From an uncultured Chloroflexia bacterium (GTDB lineage Bacteria > Chloroflexota > UBA6077 > JACCZL01), in NCBI GenBank assembly GCA_963765765.1, contig CAVXYC010000015.1:416001-480000 (forward strand): a DNA stretch of 64,000 nucleotides. The letters run 5' to 3'. A program made the position numbers and the translations under genes. The stretch's first letter is position 1, and every line of letters begins with the position of its first letter. Shown here piece after piece: positions 38,711 to 48,433 of this stretch. Below the pieces are notes generated by a model. It was given only the letters and a program-made list of their open reading frames with translations. It ran no database searches and was not told the DNA's origin.

Positions 38711-39959
38711 ATGGGCGATTTCGCGATCCGCTTCGAGAACGTCTCCAAAAGCTACCGCATCGGTCGTCCGCGGGCCTTTACAACGGCGTTCACAAATATG
38801 GTGGGCAAGATGCGCGGCCAGGAGACTGGTCGGGCGCAGCACTACGCGCTTTCCGATGTCTCGTTTGAGATTGAGAAGGGCGGAAGCGTGGGCATGGTAG
38901 GCGCCAATGGCGCCGGGCAAGACCACGATTCTGAAACTGCTCTCTCGAGTTACCTGGCCAACGTCAGGACGAGTGCTCGTTGCAGGTCGCGTGATCTCTC
39001 TCATCGAGCTCGGGGCCGGCTTTCACCCTGAGCTGACCGGTGAAGAGAACATCTACCTTCACGGCGCGATTCTGGGTATTCCCAAGAGCGTGCTCGCCCG
39101 ATCATTCGACAACGTGGTGGAGTTTGCCGGGATCCAGAAGTTCGTCGATACGCCGGTCAAATGGTACTCATCAGGCATGTACGCCCGCCTCGGCTTTAGT
39201 GTTGCCGCATTTAGCGAGCCCGATGTGCTGCTGGTGGACGAGGTGCTGGCGGTGGGCGACACGGCATTCCAACGCCGGGCCATAGATAAGATGCGCGAGT
39301 TCGTGACAACCGGTCGTACAGTGGTGCTGGTATCGCATGATCTGGCCAACGTGCGCGGTCTCTGCCGCGACGTGATCTGGCTGGACAAGGGGCAGATCAA
39401 AGCGCAGGGTGACACCGAGGAAGTGATCGCTCAGTATCTTGATCACGTGAACGAGCATGCGGCCGCCGAAGTCCGCGCTCGGGATCGCACAGAGATGCGC
39501 GGCGGATCCGGTGAGCTGCGCTATACCGCTGTCGACCTGTTGGACGACGAGGGGAACAAGCGCGAAGTCTTCAGTCTTGGCGAGCCAATCCGGGTGAGAG
39601 CGCGATACGAGGCGCTGCAGGCTGTGGACCGTCCGCTCTTCCGCGTGGCCATTACCTCACCGACGCATGGAGTGACCGTTTGCATCGCTGATTCCCAGTC
39701 GACCGATGTCCCCGCGCGCGTTGACGAGTCAGGCGAGATCGAATGCCGTTTCGATGCGCTGCCACTCCGACCGGGCCAGTACTCGGTGCAGCTCTACATC
39801 ACCGGTTCTGAGCTTGCAGGCCTCTACGACGCGCTCACCTTGGGTGAGACATTTGTCGTGTCCGCAGCAAACGTGTCGGCCGAGCACGGGTTTGCCGCGG
39901 GCCAGAGCGATCTCGTGCACATCCCGTTTGAGCTCACGCACCGGACGGGCGCACAGTAG
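38711..39959 (+). CDS. wzt: Polysaccharide ABC transporter ATPase with Wzt C-terminal domain (extra G in Walker A near 38916)
   Basis: Motifs ENVSKSY, GANGAG/KTT split by one extra base, GAGFHPELTG, YSSGMYARLGF, LLVDEVLAVGD, VSHD; C-terminal beta domain LPLRPGQYSV. Confidence 0.92.
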
Positions 39960-39964
39960 CAGGC

Positions 39965-41293
39965 ATGCCCCAGCCCGTTCTATTCGTTGCACGGGAGCCG
40001 GACGAGACACTTCGCACGTATCTCCCCGTTATCGATGAGCTCCACCGCCGCGGCTCCACGGCCAAAGTACTGTTCCATCACTGGCCGTCTGCGTGGGCGC
40101 GAGACGAGCTGCTTCGTAGAAACGTCGCCTGGTGGAATGTGGCAATTCCAGAACGATTGCCGCCAGGCTGGTTGGCGCAAGTGCCCTTGCACCAGCGCCT
40201 GGAGGGGCAGATCGCAGAGATTAGCCAGCTTCGAGCTGTCCGCGCGATTGCCAGGCGCATCATTGAGCAGGAACGGCCGTCAGCGCTCATCGTCATCCAG
40301 GATACGCTGCTACTCGAGCGGTTTCTCGTGCGCTGGGCCAATCGCCGCGGGATACCGACGGTGGTGATCCAATGGGCGTTCAATTTCCCGCAGGACTATT
40401 ACGATCGTCTCAGGGCATTGAAGGCGGAGGCGACTCCGGTGCCTGAAAACGCCTCACGTCGATCGCTGGGAATGTACCGAGCGGTTCAAGAGATCGTTGA
40501 CGTCGACTTCGATCTCGTGAACTCGTACGGTGGCGGTGAAGCTCGAGCATTCGCGGTGATGGGCCCGCACTTTGAAGAGCAGTACCGCTCGCAAGGTGTC
40601 GCTGGGAAGGCAATTGTAATTACGGGCCACCCGCTTCATGATGCCGCCTTCCGACGATTGAATGAGGCGGATGGATCGAATCTCGAGCACGTGCGCTCCG
40701 CGCATGGATTCGCCGTGGACGAGCGCGTTGTTCTGTACGCGACGCAGCCGTTCTTCTGGCGGGGAGTTATTACGCCTGAGGAGCTTCGCGAGAACATCGA
40801 GTGGATGAACGCGGCGGTCTCCGCTCTCAGCTCTGATTATCGGCTCACGGTGAAGATTCACCCTCGAGAATCGGTAGACGACTATGCGTTCTGTGCCGAG
40901 CTACAGCCTGCGGTTCGCGTGATTCCCCACGCCGAGATGACTGATCTGATCGCGCTTGCGGACATCTTCGTCTCATCGTCCTCGTCCACCGTGCTACTGG
41001 CAATGATGCTGGACCGGCCGATCGTCACCGTGAACTTCAACCAGGTCCTGCATTTCGACTACTTTGAGCCAATCGGCGGCACGCTTCACATTCGCACCTT
41101 CCACCAGTTATCAGACGGTCTTCAGCGCATCGTGCACGACGAGGACACGCGTTTGAAATTGGCATCAGCCCGCCGGTCCGCCCTCCAGCGCCTGGTTTGC
41201 TTCGATGGTCACGCGGCGGAGCGGGTGGCTGATTTGCTGGTCGGGCTTCCTCAATCGCTCGCTCCCTCGCCCGCTGGGAGAGGGCTGGAGTGA
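39965..41293 (+). CDS. GT-B protein, TagF/UDP-GlcNAc 2-epimerase-like fold (second candidate nonulosonate transferase)
   Basis: Motifs ITGHPLHD, YATQP, VKIHPRE, SSTVLLAM, DGHAAERV. Confidence 0.6.
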   Translation: MPQPVLFVAREPDETLRTYLPVIDELHRRGSTAKVLFHHWPSAWARDELLRRNVAWWNVAIPERLPPGWLAQVPLHQRLEGQIAEISQLRAVRAIARRIIEQERPSALIVIQDTLLLERFLVRWANRRGIPTVVIQWAFNFPQDYYDRLRALKAEATPVPENASRRSLGMYRAVQEIVDVDFDLVNSYGGGEARAFAVMGPHFEEQYRSQGVAGKAIVITGHPLHDAAFRRLNEADGSNLEHVRSAHGFAVDERVVLYATQPFFWRGVITPEELRENIEWMNAAVSALSSDYRLTVKIHPRESVDDYAFCAELQPAVRVIPHAEMTDLIALADIFVSSSSSTVLLAMMLDRPIVTVNFNQVLHFDYFEPIGGTLHIRTFHQLSDGLQRIVHDEDTRLKLASARRSALQRLVCFDGHAAERVADLLVGLPQSLAPSPAGRGLE

Positions 41294-41357
41294 GGGGCCC
41301 GCGATGGGGGATCTCGCTCTTCCCTCACCCCAGCCCTCTCCCAGTGGGCGGGGGGGC
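41261..41357. repeat. REPIN/MITE-like element, family 1, spanning a gene junction
   Basis: CTCCCTCGCCCGCTGGGAGAGGGCTGGAGTGAGGG ... CCCTCACCCCAGCCCTCTCCCAGTGGGCG; spacer similar to the 21266 copy. Confidence 0.85.
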
Positions 41358-42471
41358 CCAACGCATACGCATCGCCATCATCTGCCAACACCTGACCATG
41401 GGCGGGGCGGAAGAGCTTGTGCTCGGCATCGCGACGCATCTTCCAACAGCTAGGTATAACCTGCGCGTCGTATGCCTCACGGCCGAGGGCATCATTGCTC
41501 AGGAGCTACGGTCGGCTGGAATTCGGGTGGACGTCCTCCCTGGGGAACCAGGCCCACGTGATCTCCGAGCTTTTGGCCGGCTCGTGGCATATCTCCGCGG
41601 ATGGAAGCCGCAAATTGTCCACACGTTCCTGCTCAACGCGGTGCTCTACGGACGCCTGGCAGCGATTGTGGCCGGGGTTCCGTTGATCTTCGCGGCGGAG
41701 CAGAACATCTATCTGAAGAAGGCTTCCAAGCACGCGCTCATGGAGCGCTTCCTCGCAGTGCGCAGCCATCGCATCATCGCGTGTTGTAAAGCTGTCGGCA
41801 CGTTTTATCAGCGACAGGTGAAGGTCTCGCCCGATAAGCTGGCGGTCATTTTGAACGCCGTGCGATACGATCAATTCCTACCACTTCCCGATGCTTCTAC
41901 GAGTCGTCTGGCACTCGGCCTTGACCCTGATGCTCCGACAATCGGCGTCATCGGTCGGCTGACGCGCCAGAAGGGCCATGACGTGCTGTTCCAAGCGGTG
42001 CAACAGCTTTCGTCGAAGTATCCGGAGCTCCAGGTTGTGGTCGCGGGCCAGGGCGAGGCGCGATCCAGTCTGGAGACCATGGCACGGGATCTGGGGATCC
42101 AGCAGCACGTCCATTTCGTTGGCGTCCGGCGCGATCGAGAGCATCTCTATGGGGCGCTCGATGTGTTCGTCCTTCCTTCACGTTGGGAGGGACTCTCGCT
42201 AGCCCTAGCGGAAGCCGTTGGGGCTGGAATTCCAACTCTGGCCACCCTTGTCGGTGGAAACGCTGAAGTCATTGAATCGGAAAGATCAGGCCTCCTTGTG
42301 CCGCCTGAGGACACCGGCGCGATCTGCTTGGCGCTCGATCGATTGCTTGCGGATGCTGAGCTGCGGAAGGGTTTTTCGGAGAAAGGGATCTCCGATGTTC
42401 GGCCGCGTTTCGAGATCGAGCGGCACGTGGAGCAGCTCGATGCCCTGTACACTCGAGCCCTTGCAAGCTAG
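41290..42471 (+). CDS. Glycosyltransferase family 4
   Basis: Motifs GGAE, IVHT, GRLTRQKGH, LPSRWEGLSLALAEA. Confidence 0.9.
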   Translation: MRGPRWGISLFPHPSPLPVGGGAQRIRIAIICQHLTMGGAEELVLGIATHLPTARYNLRVVCLTAEGIIAQELRSAGIRVDVLPGEPGPRDLRAFGRLVAYLRGWKPQIVHTFLLNAVLYGRLAAIVAGVPLIFAAEQNIYLKKASKHALMERFLAVRSHRIIACCKAVGTFYQRQVKVSPDKLAVILNAVRYDQFLPLPDASTSRLALGLDPDAPTIGVIGRLTRQKGHDVLFQAVQQLSSKYPELQVVVAGQGEARSSLETMARDLGIQQHVHFVGVRRDREHLYGALDVFVLPSRWEGLSLALAEAVGAGIPTLATLVGGNAEVIESERSGLLVPPEDTGAICLALDRLLADAELRKGFSEKGISDVRPRFEIERHVEQLDALYTRALAS

Positions 42472-42492
42472 GCACAAGAGACGCCCCGTCCG

Positions 42493-43623
42493 ATGCACGT
42501 AACTCTGGCCAACTACACGCTTACGATGATGCGTGGCGGTGGTGAGACTCGCGACCTAAACCTGGCGCGCGAGCTTCGCGCGCTCGGTGTGGATGTGACC
42601 CTGGTGTCCATCGATCCAATTGTGGGCGGTACTCGCTATCCGATTGCTGAAGGTCCATCGCAACTGATTCGGTCGCCGTATTTCCGTGACTGGGTGTACC
42701 GGTTCATGGAGATTCCAAAGGCAGGTCGGCTCGCCTCCCTCCTGCTACGGTTGGATGTGGAGCTGTTCAGTCGACGACTCGTGGATCTTGTGAGCAGGAG
42801 GGACTATCCGATCGATATCCTTCAAGGGGCTGGTCTCTATCCCGCGGTGGCAGCTCGGGATCGCGGGATTCCTGTGGTCGTCCGAGCGCAGGGCGGCTCA
42901 CCACCAGCACCATTTGTACCGCTTGTGGCTCGTGCGAGCGCGATCATCGGGGATGGCTGGGACGCGGAGAATTTCGAGAAACGTACTGGTCGGGCCCTGG
43001 TAGAGATTCCAGGTGGTGTCGAGCTCGAAGCGTTTCAACGAGTCGATCCCACGGTCCGGAGCCGCTTTGATCTCGACGAGGCTGAGGTCGTGTTGTACGT
43101 GGGCCGCTTCGCGCCGCTCAAGAACGTCGCACTGCTAGTCGATGCCTTCGCTCGGCTAACGCAGCGGAGAGAGCGTGCGCGTCTTCTGCTGGTTGGCGAC
43201 GGACCTCTGGAGCCGGCGTTACGCAAGCAGGCCGAAGCGCTCGGAATACACGATCGTGTGACGTTCGCGGGCTCCGTTCCCAATCGAGAGCTAGCGCCAT
43301 ACTATTCCGCCGCCGATGTGTTTGCACTTCCATCGAAGTTTGACAATTCACCCAACGCAGTGCTGGAGGCCATGGCCTGTGAGGTGCCAGTGGCCGCGAC
43401 AAATGTCGGCGGAGTTCCGCGCTACGTGACTCATGGCGAAACCGGCCTGCTTGTCGAGACAGACGCTGATGCGTTGGCAGAAGCGTTGGAGCGTGTGCTC
43501 TCCGATGCCGAGCTCAGAATGAAGCTGGTTGCTGGTGGCTCTGACATGGTGCGATCTCGCTTTAGCTGGCGGCAGTCAGCGGAGCGGCTAATTGAGCTGT
43601 ATGAGCAGTTGTTACGTCAGTGA
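42493..43623 (+). CDS. Glycosyltransferase family 4
   Basis: Motifs GGGE, YVGRFAPLKN, PSKFDNSPNAVLEAMA. Confidence 0.9.
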   Translation: MHVTLANYTLTMMRGGGETRDLNLARELRALGVDVTLVSIDPIVGGTRYPIAEGPSQLIRSPYFRDWVYRFMEIPKAGRLASLLLRLDVELFSRRLVDLVSRRDYPIDILQGAGLYPAVAARDRGIPVVVRAQGGSPPAPFVPLVARASAIIGDGWDAENFEKRTGRALVEIPGGVELEAFQRVDPTVRSRFDLDEAEVVLYVGRFAPLKNVALLVDAFARLTQRRERARLLLVGDGPLEPALRKQAEALGIHDRVTFAGSVPNRELAPYYSAADVFALPSKFDNSPNAVLEAMACEVPVAATNVGGVPRYVTHGETGLLVETDADALAEALERVLSDAELRMKLVAGGSDMVRSRFSWRQSAERLIELYEQLLRQ

Positions 43624-43650
43624 ATGAGCGAATTCACCCAACCACAACAG

Positions 43651-43760
43651 AGCCGCATCCCGTAAGGGTGCGGTTCCTCTCGCGCCATCCCTGCGCCGCC
43701 GATCGACCATTTCGCGGAGGGACCGCATCCTTACGGAATGCGGCTTTACGGAATGCGGCT
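43651..43760. repeat. REP doublet with GTAA/TTAC loops plus a 15-bp tandem duplication
   Basis: AGCCGCATCCCGTAAGGGTGCGGTTCCTC (43651-43679) is inverted at 43717-43745; TTACGGAATGCGGCT occurs twice (43731-43760). Confidence 0.75.
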
Positions 43761-43789
43761 TTGTTGGTCGTGTGGATATCGGGATCAAC

Positions 43790-46198
43790 GTGCGGCTGAC
43801 CATCGTCTACCATCGCGCGTTCTGGGAATCTGGTGGTGAGTACTGGGAACGGGAAGGCGCCTTCAGTCGATTTGTGGAGGCTCTGGCGGCACGCGTCACC
43901 GCGGTAGAGCTTGTAGTGCCCATAAGCAAGGTGCCGGCGGATGAAGGCCACCAACTGGTGGCTGACAACGTCAAGCTCCGTAAATTGCCTCACTGGCGCG
44001 ATCTGATCGAGTTCTACAAGCTCCTTCCAGGCATGCTCCTGACGCTGTGGAGATCAGCCTCGGCGTGGGAAGTACTCATCGTGCGCGTGCCCACACCGCT
44101 TGGGTTCTGGGCCTGGCTCGTGGGCCGCATACGCCGAGTACCCACCCTTCTGATCATCGTCGGAGACTTGGCCGAGGTGGCGGGTACCGTGCCAGGGAAC
44201 TCCTGGAAGCGACGGCTCTACCGAATATGGGCCCGCGTCGAGGACCTTTTGATGCGGAAGATGGCCGGCTCGACGTTGACGTTTGCCAACGGCGCGGCCC
44301 TATGGTCGAAATATGGCCAGGCGCAGCCCAACGTGCTGCTGACCACCAATTCCACTATCGGAATCGACGAGATTGCCTCCGACGTGCCGCGTAGCCTGGG
44401 ACAGCCCGCGCGACTCCTGTGTGTGAGCCGTATCGATCCTCGGAAAGGCATTCGTTATCTCCCTGAGGTCCTTGCCGGGCTCATCCGACGTGGCCACCAC
44501 GCGAGACTGACCATTGTGGGCGGCGACGTGGGCGAGTTGGGCCGCCAGGAGCGGATCGGCGCTCAAGAACGCGCACGCGAGCTGGGAGTAGAGGATGCGA
44601 TTAGCTATCTCGGCGCCCAGTCAATTGAGCAAGTCCACAAGCTGGAGCGAGCGCATGACGTGCTGCTCGTACCGAGCCTTCCGGGCGAAGGCGTCCCACG
44701 GGTCATCATCGAGGCATTCGCGGCTGGAATTCCAGTTGTGGCAACTTCGGTGTCCGGCATTCCGGGCGTCGTGGAGCACAAAACCCGCGGCCTTCTGGTG
44801 CCGCCCGCGGACCCGGAAGCGATGACCGCGGCCGTTGCCCGGCTGCTCACTGATGACGATCTCCGCACACGTATCATCCACGGCGGCTTAGATTTCGCCC
44901 GCGCCAACACGATCGAAGCGCAGAGCGATGTTATGGTTGATGCGATTCGTTCAAGACTCCTTGACAAAAAAGCCAGCCGCACAACTCCGAGAAGTGGTGA
45001 ACTTCCTCGCCCTTTAGGAGAGGGTTGGGGTGAGGGAAGACCGATGTCCCCTATCACGACCGCTTCGCCCCAACCCTCTCCCAAAGGGCGAGGGAGCCTT
45101 GGGCAGGGGAGACTTAGGGTCAATATCCCGCTCGCCGGCCTGAATGTTTCCGGCGGAGTAAAGTCCTTGCTGTACCTGGCCAACGCGCTGGCACGGCGGG
45201 GGCATCGCGTCCGCTGCATCGTGCCGGATTACGCGTCAGTATCGCCGGTTCCGCTGGAGAGTGGCGTTGAGCTGCAAGTCCTTCGCTCTGGTCCCGGGCC
45301 GTCAGTTACTCGGAAGGTAGGCTATTTCGCGCGGCTCGGGGTTCAGTCAGCGAGGGACTGCGATATCTGCCTGGCCAATTACTTTCTCACTAGCTATCCG
45401 GCGGTGGCGTCAAATCTGGTGAATGGCGGGAAGGCGGTATTGGCCTACAACATCCGTGGCTATGAACCAATCAGCCACGGATCACTCGCAGAGGCGGGTG
45501 GCATTGGGCGCAGTCTCCGCGGTGGCCTGGCGTCGTTGAGCTATCACCTTCCGCTGCGGAAGGTAGTCACGACCGATTGGCTCAAGGAGATGGTTGGCGA
45601 CGAGCGGGCGATCATCATCGGGCATGGCATCGATCCTGGCGTCTTCCATCCGCGTGGCCGTGATGCATCTACGGGCACTCAGACGGTGAGAGTTGGCATA
45701 ATCGGGCGCTCCGGCGAGGTGAAGGGCTACGGCGATTTCCTTGAAGCCCTGGCTCGCACAAGGTCTGATCTGCCGATTCAAATTGTCATCGCTGGTCAGG
45801 ACGAGGTGGCGATGCCGGGAGGTCAGCCGTTTGAGCGCATGCAGACGCCGACGGAGCGAGAGATGGCCGAGTTCTACCGCGCCTGCGACGTGTTCGTATT
45901 TCCGTCCCGGGCAGAGGGATTTGGCCTGCCGCCCCTCGAAGCCATGGCCTGCGGCGCAGCGGTCGTTCTTACCGACTGCGGTGGGGTGCGGACATATGCT
46001 CGGCCCGATGAGAATTGTCTCCTCGTCGACGTGCAGGATCCACAAGCATTGGCAAACGCCATCGATCGTGTCGTGAGCGACGCTGATCTTCGAGCTTCAC
46101 TCGTGCGCGAGGGATTCGAGACTGCCGGTCGATTCTCCCGCGATGAAGTCGAAGCACGGTTCTGCGATCTTCTGGAATCGCTAGCGCGTGCCCAGTAG
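43790..46198 (+). CDS. Two complete GT4 glycosyltransferase units in one ORF, joined by a repeat-encoded linker
   Basis: Unit 1 VSRIDPRKG...EGVPRVIIEA; unit 2 SGGVK...EGFGLPPLEAMA; linker LPRPLGEGWGEG...PQPSPKGRG. Confidence 0.8.
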   Translation: MRLTIVYHRAFWESGGEYWEREGAFSRFVEALAARVTAVELVVPISKVPADEGHQLVADNVKLRKLPHWRDLIEFYKLLPGMLLTLWRSASAWEVLIVRVPTPLGFWAWLVGRIRRVPTLLIIVGDLAEVAGTVPGNSWKRRLYRIWARVEDLLMRKMAGSTLTFANGAALWSKYGQAQPNVLLTTNSTIGIDEIASDVPRSLGQPARLLCVSRIDPRKGIRYLPEVLAGLIRRGHHARLTIVGGDVGELGRQERIGAQERARELGVEDAISYLGAQSIEQVHKLERAHDVLLVPSLPGEGVPRVIIEAFAAGIPVVATSVSGIPGVVEHKTRGLLVPPADPEAMTAAVARLLTDDDLRTRIIHGGLDFARANTIEAQSDVMVDAIRSRLLDKKASRTTPRSGELPRPLGEGWGEGRPMSPITTASPQPSPKGRGSLGQGRLRVNIPLAGLNVSGGVKSLLYLANALARRGHRVRCIVPDYASVSPVPLESGVELQVLRSGPGPSVTRKVGYFARLGVQSARDCDICLANYFLTSYPAVASNLVNGGKAVLAYNIRGYEPISHGSLAEAGGIGRSLRGGLASLSYHLPLRKVVTTDWLKEMVGDERAIIIGHGIDPGVFHPRGRDASTGTQTVRVGIIGRSGEVKGYGDFLEALARTRSDLPIQIVIAGQDEVAMPGGQPFERMQTPTEREMAEFYRACDVFVFPSRAEGFGLPPLEAMACGAAVVLTDCGGVRTYARPDENCLLVDVQDPQALANAIDRVVSDADLRASLVREGFETAGRFSRDEVEARFCDLLESLARAQ
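45002..45097. repeat. REPIN/MITE-like element, family 1, in frame inside a CDS
   Basis: CTTCCTCGCCCTTTAGGAGAGGGTTGGGGTGAGGG ... CCCCAACCCTCTCCCAAAGGGCGAGGGAG; reverse-orientation homologue of 21266..21376. Confidence 0.85.
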
Positions 46199-47369
46199 CG
46201 TTCGACTACTGGCCATCGGAACCGATGCGGCGCTTGCCCAGCCAGCCTCGAAAGCGTTCGGTGACGCACATCAGCGCCAGCTCAAATACGCCTCGATCCT
46301 CGATCGATACGACATGATCCTGCGCACGATCGGCGGTCAGAGACAGGCAATCCCGGTGGGCCAGGGTTTCACTGTCCACACATCCGGCTCGAGATGTCGT
46401 GAGACGTATCCGATCGATGCGGCTCGTATGGGCAACTCAATCGGTCGTGCTGCGCGCTCTAACGTTGTGTCGACGGAAGATCCCTTCCTCTGTGGATTAG
46501 CTGGATACGTCATTGCCAGACGCCTGAGGATCCCACTGAGTCTCCAATTTGCTGGGGATATGATCGACAATCCGATCTGGATGGCCGAGCGACCGCTGAA
46601 TCGCTGGCTCAATCCGCTTGGCAAGTGGCTGATTCGTCGCGCCCAGACGTTTCGAGTCGTCAGCACGCGTGAGCGGGACAAGCTCATCGGTCTGGGCATT
46701 GCGCCCGAGCGCGTCTGGAACATTGGCTGGATTACTGACTTCAGGCGGTTTCTCGACGCCGATGGTTCTGCAATTCGGGCGCGTTGGCTGGACAGTCGTT
46801 ACAAGAAGCTTATCGTCTTCATGGGGCGACTGGTACCCCAGAAGGACCTCCACACGCTCGTAGAGGCCGCCCGACTTGTGGCTCCGGTGCATCCGGATGC
46901 ACGATTCTTGCTGGTCGGGCGCGGCGCGTTGGAACGCGAGGTCATGATGGCTATCGAGAGGGCTGGGCTATCCGATCAGGTCGTTTTAGCCGGCGCCGCC
47001 GCGTACGATGATGTACCTGGCTATCTGGCAGCGGCGGACGTGCTCGCGCTCACCACGGTGTACGAAGGCAACGCTCGCGTCCTGGCTGAGGCGGCGGCGG
47101 CCGGACGCCCGGTGGTGACGGCCGACGTGAGCGGAAGCCTGGATACGGTGCTGAACGGCGAATCAGGCTACGTAGTGCCCGTGAGAGACTCACATGCCTT
47201 TGCGGATCGTCTCGCTCGGCTTCTCAATGATCCGGCGCTCGCGGAGCGAATGGGCACGCGTGCACGTGTGCACGTCCTGGAGCGGTACGACGAGCGTCGT
47301 TTGCTCCGGCAGTTTCAGGAGCTCTGGACGCTCACGGCCGGTCTGCGCGCCGATACCTCGCCGCGATAG
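46188..47369 (+). CDS. Glycosyltransferase family 4
   Basis: Motifs EDPF, MGRLVPQKD, YEGNARVLAEA. Confidence 0.88.
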   Translation: MPSSVRLLAIGTDAALAQPASKAFGDAHQRQLKYASILDRYDMILRTIGGQRQAIPVGQGFTVHTSGSRCRETYPIDAARMGNSIGRAARSNVVSTEDPFLCGLAGYVIARRLRIPLSLQFAGDMIDNPIWMAERPLNRWLNPLGKWLIRRAQTFRVVSTRERDKLIGLGIAPERVWNIGWITDFRRFLDADGSAIRARWLDSRYKKLIVFMGRLVPQKDLHTLVEAARLVAPVHPDARFLLVGRGALEREVMMAIERAGLSDQVVLAGAAAYDDVPGYLAAADVLALTTVYEGNARVLAEAAAAGRPVVTADVSGSLDTVLNGESGYVVPVRDSHAFADRLARLLNDPALAERMGTRARVHVLERYDERRLLRQFQELWTLTAGLRADTSPR

Positions 47370-48433
47370 GCGCGTTGCAAGACATCGAGAAATCGCGGTG
47401 CCTGCGCCTGTAGCGAGAATTTCTCCAGAACCCACTGCCGCCCGGCCTCACCCATCTTTCGGCGCAAGGGTACGTCCTCGATGAGCATCGAGAGGCGATC
47501 CACCCACTCCTCGGTGGTCGTTGCCAGCAGTCCGTTGTAGCCGTCCTGCAGAATGTCTGTGGTGACACCCACGGGTGAGCAGACTGGCGGGATACCGACG
47601 CTCATGTAGAGCAACGCCTTGAATCCGCATTTACCGCGCGTCCACTCCGTGTCCGGCATTGGCATGATGCCGATATCGAAACCGTGAAGCTCATCGAGCT
47701 CCTGATCCAGATCCCAGCGCTTCACCTCGAGATTGTGAACGATAGGTGGAACGTACGAGCCACCCACGACCCGCACAACCACGTTCGGATACTTCTCTGT
47801 GATCTGATCCAGCGCGCGCACCAGCATGCGCAGGTATGGCGCGGTGGTGTTGCTGCCGATCCAGCCAATGACTACCCGATCATCATTTGGCTCCTCGCTC
47901 CGTGGGGCGAAGTATTCCGTATCGACAGGTGTCGGGATCACAGTGATGTTGGAGTTGTATTGGCTGGCGTAGGACTTCAGATTCTCGTTGCCGGCGATAA
48001 CCCAGGAGCTCAGCTCGATCGCTCGCGCCGTTTTATGCGGACGTTTGAGATACGTGACGAAGCGGTTCGCATCTGCCGAGTTCGGGAGATAGATCGCGTC
48101 ATCGAAGTCGAACACAATCGGCACATTGGTCTTCGCCATCGCTTCCTCGAAGAACGGCCCACCAAAAGGGAACGCTTCGCGGTGCACCAGGATCACGTCA
48201 ACTCGGCTCGCCCGGGCCACGTCGCTCAGGCGGCTCAACGTGCTCATGCCGAAGGACGCCACCTTGCGGGATAGATCTCCCGGTGAATAACGGATGTTGT
48301 AGAAGAGGCTGGTCATGAACGGCCGAAGAATCGGCGTGATGCCATGGTCGCGCAGGTAAGGAAAATACTGCTCCACGCGCAGACGATTGCTCGGCGCTTC
48401 CGTGGGATAGGGAACAACGCAGAGGACTTTCAT
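47315..48433 (-). CDS. Glycosyltransferase family 4
   Basis: Motifs PSNRLRVEQY, FDFDDAIY, IGWIGS, DIGIMP, GKCGFKALLYM. Confidence 0.9.
   Translation of the reverse strand: MKVLCVVPYPTEAPSNRLRVEQYFPYLRDHGITPILRPFMTSLFYNIRYSPGDLSRKVASFGMSTLSRLSDVARASRVDVILVHREAFPFGGPFFEEAMAKTNVPIVFDFDDAIYLPNSADANRFVTYLKRPHKTARAIELSSWVIAGNENLKSYASQYNSNITVIPTPVDTEYFAPRSEEPNDDRVVIGWIGSNTTAPYLRMLVRALDQITEKYPNVVVRVVGGSYVPPIVHNLEVKRWDLDQELDELHGFDIGIMPMPDTEWTRGKCGFKALLYMSVGIPPVCSPVGVTTDILQDGYNGLLATTTEEWVDRLSMLIEDVPLRRKMGEAGRQWVLEKFSLQAQAPRFLDVLQRAYRGEVSARRPAVSVQSS

Noticed and set aside
38907-38920. Phase-variable switch or programmed frameshift in wzt
   Set aside because: The extra base is in a 3-G run inside Walker A, with no long homopolymer or slippery site; sequencing error is more likely.
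39965-41293. NeuC UDP-GlcNAc 2-epimerase
   Set aside because: It shares only the C-terminal DG.A.ER pattern and lacks the N-terminal GTR, GDR.E and H..GG motifs.
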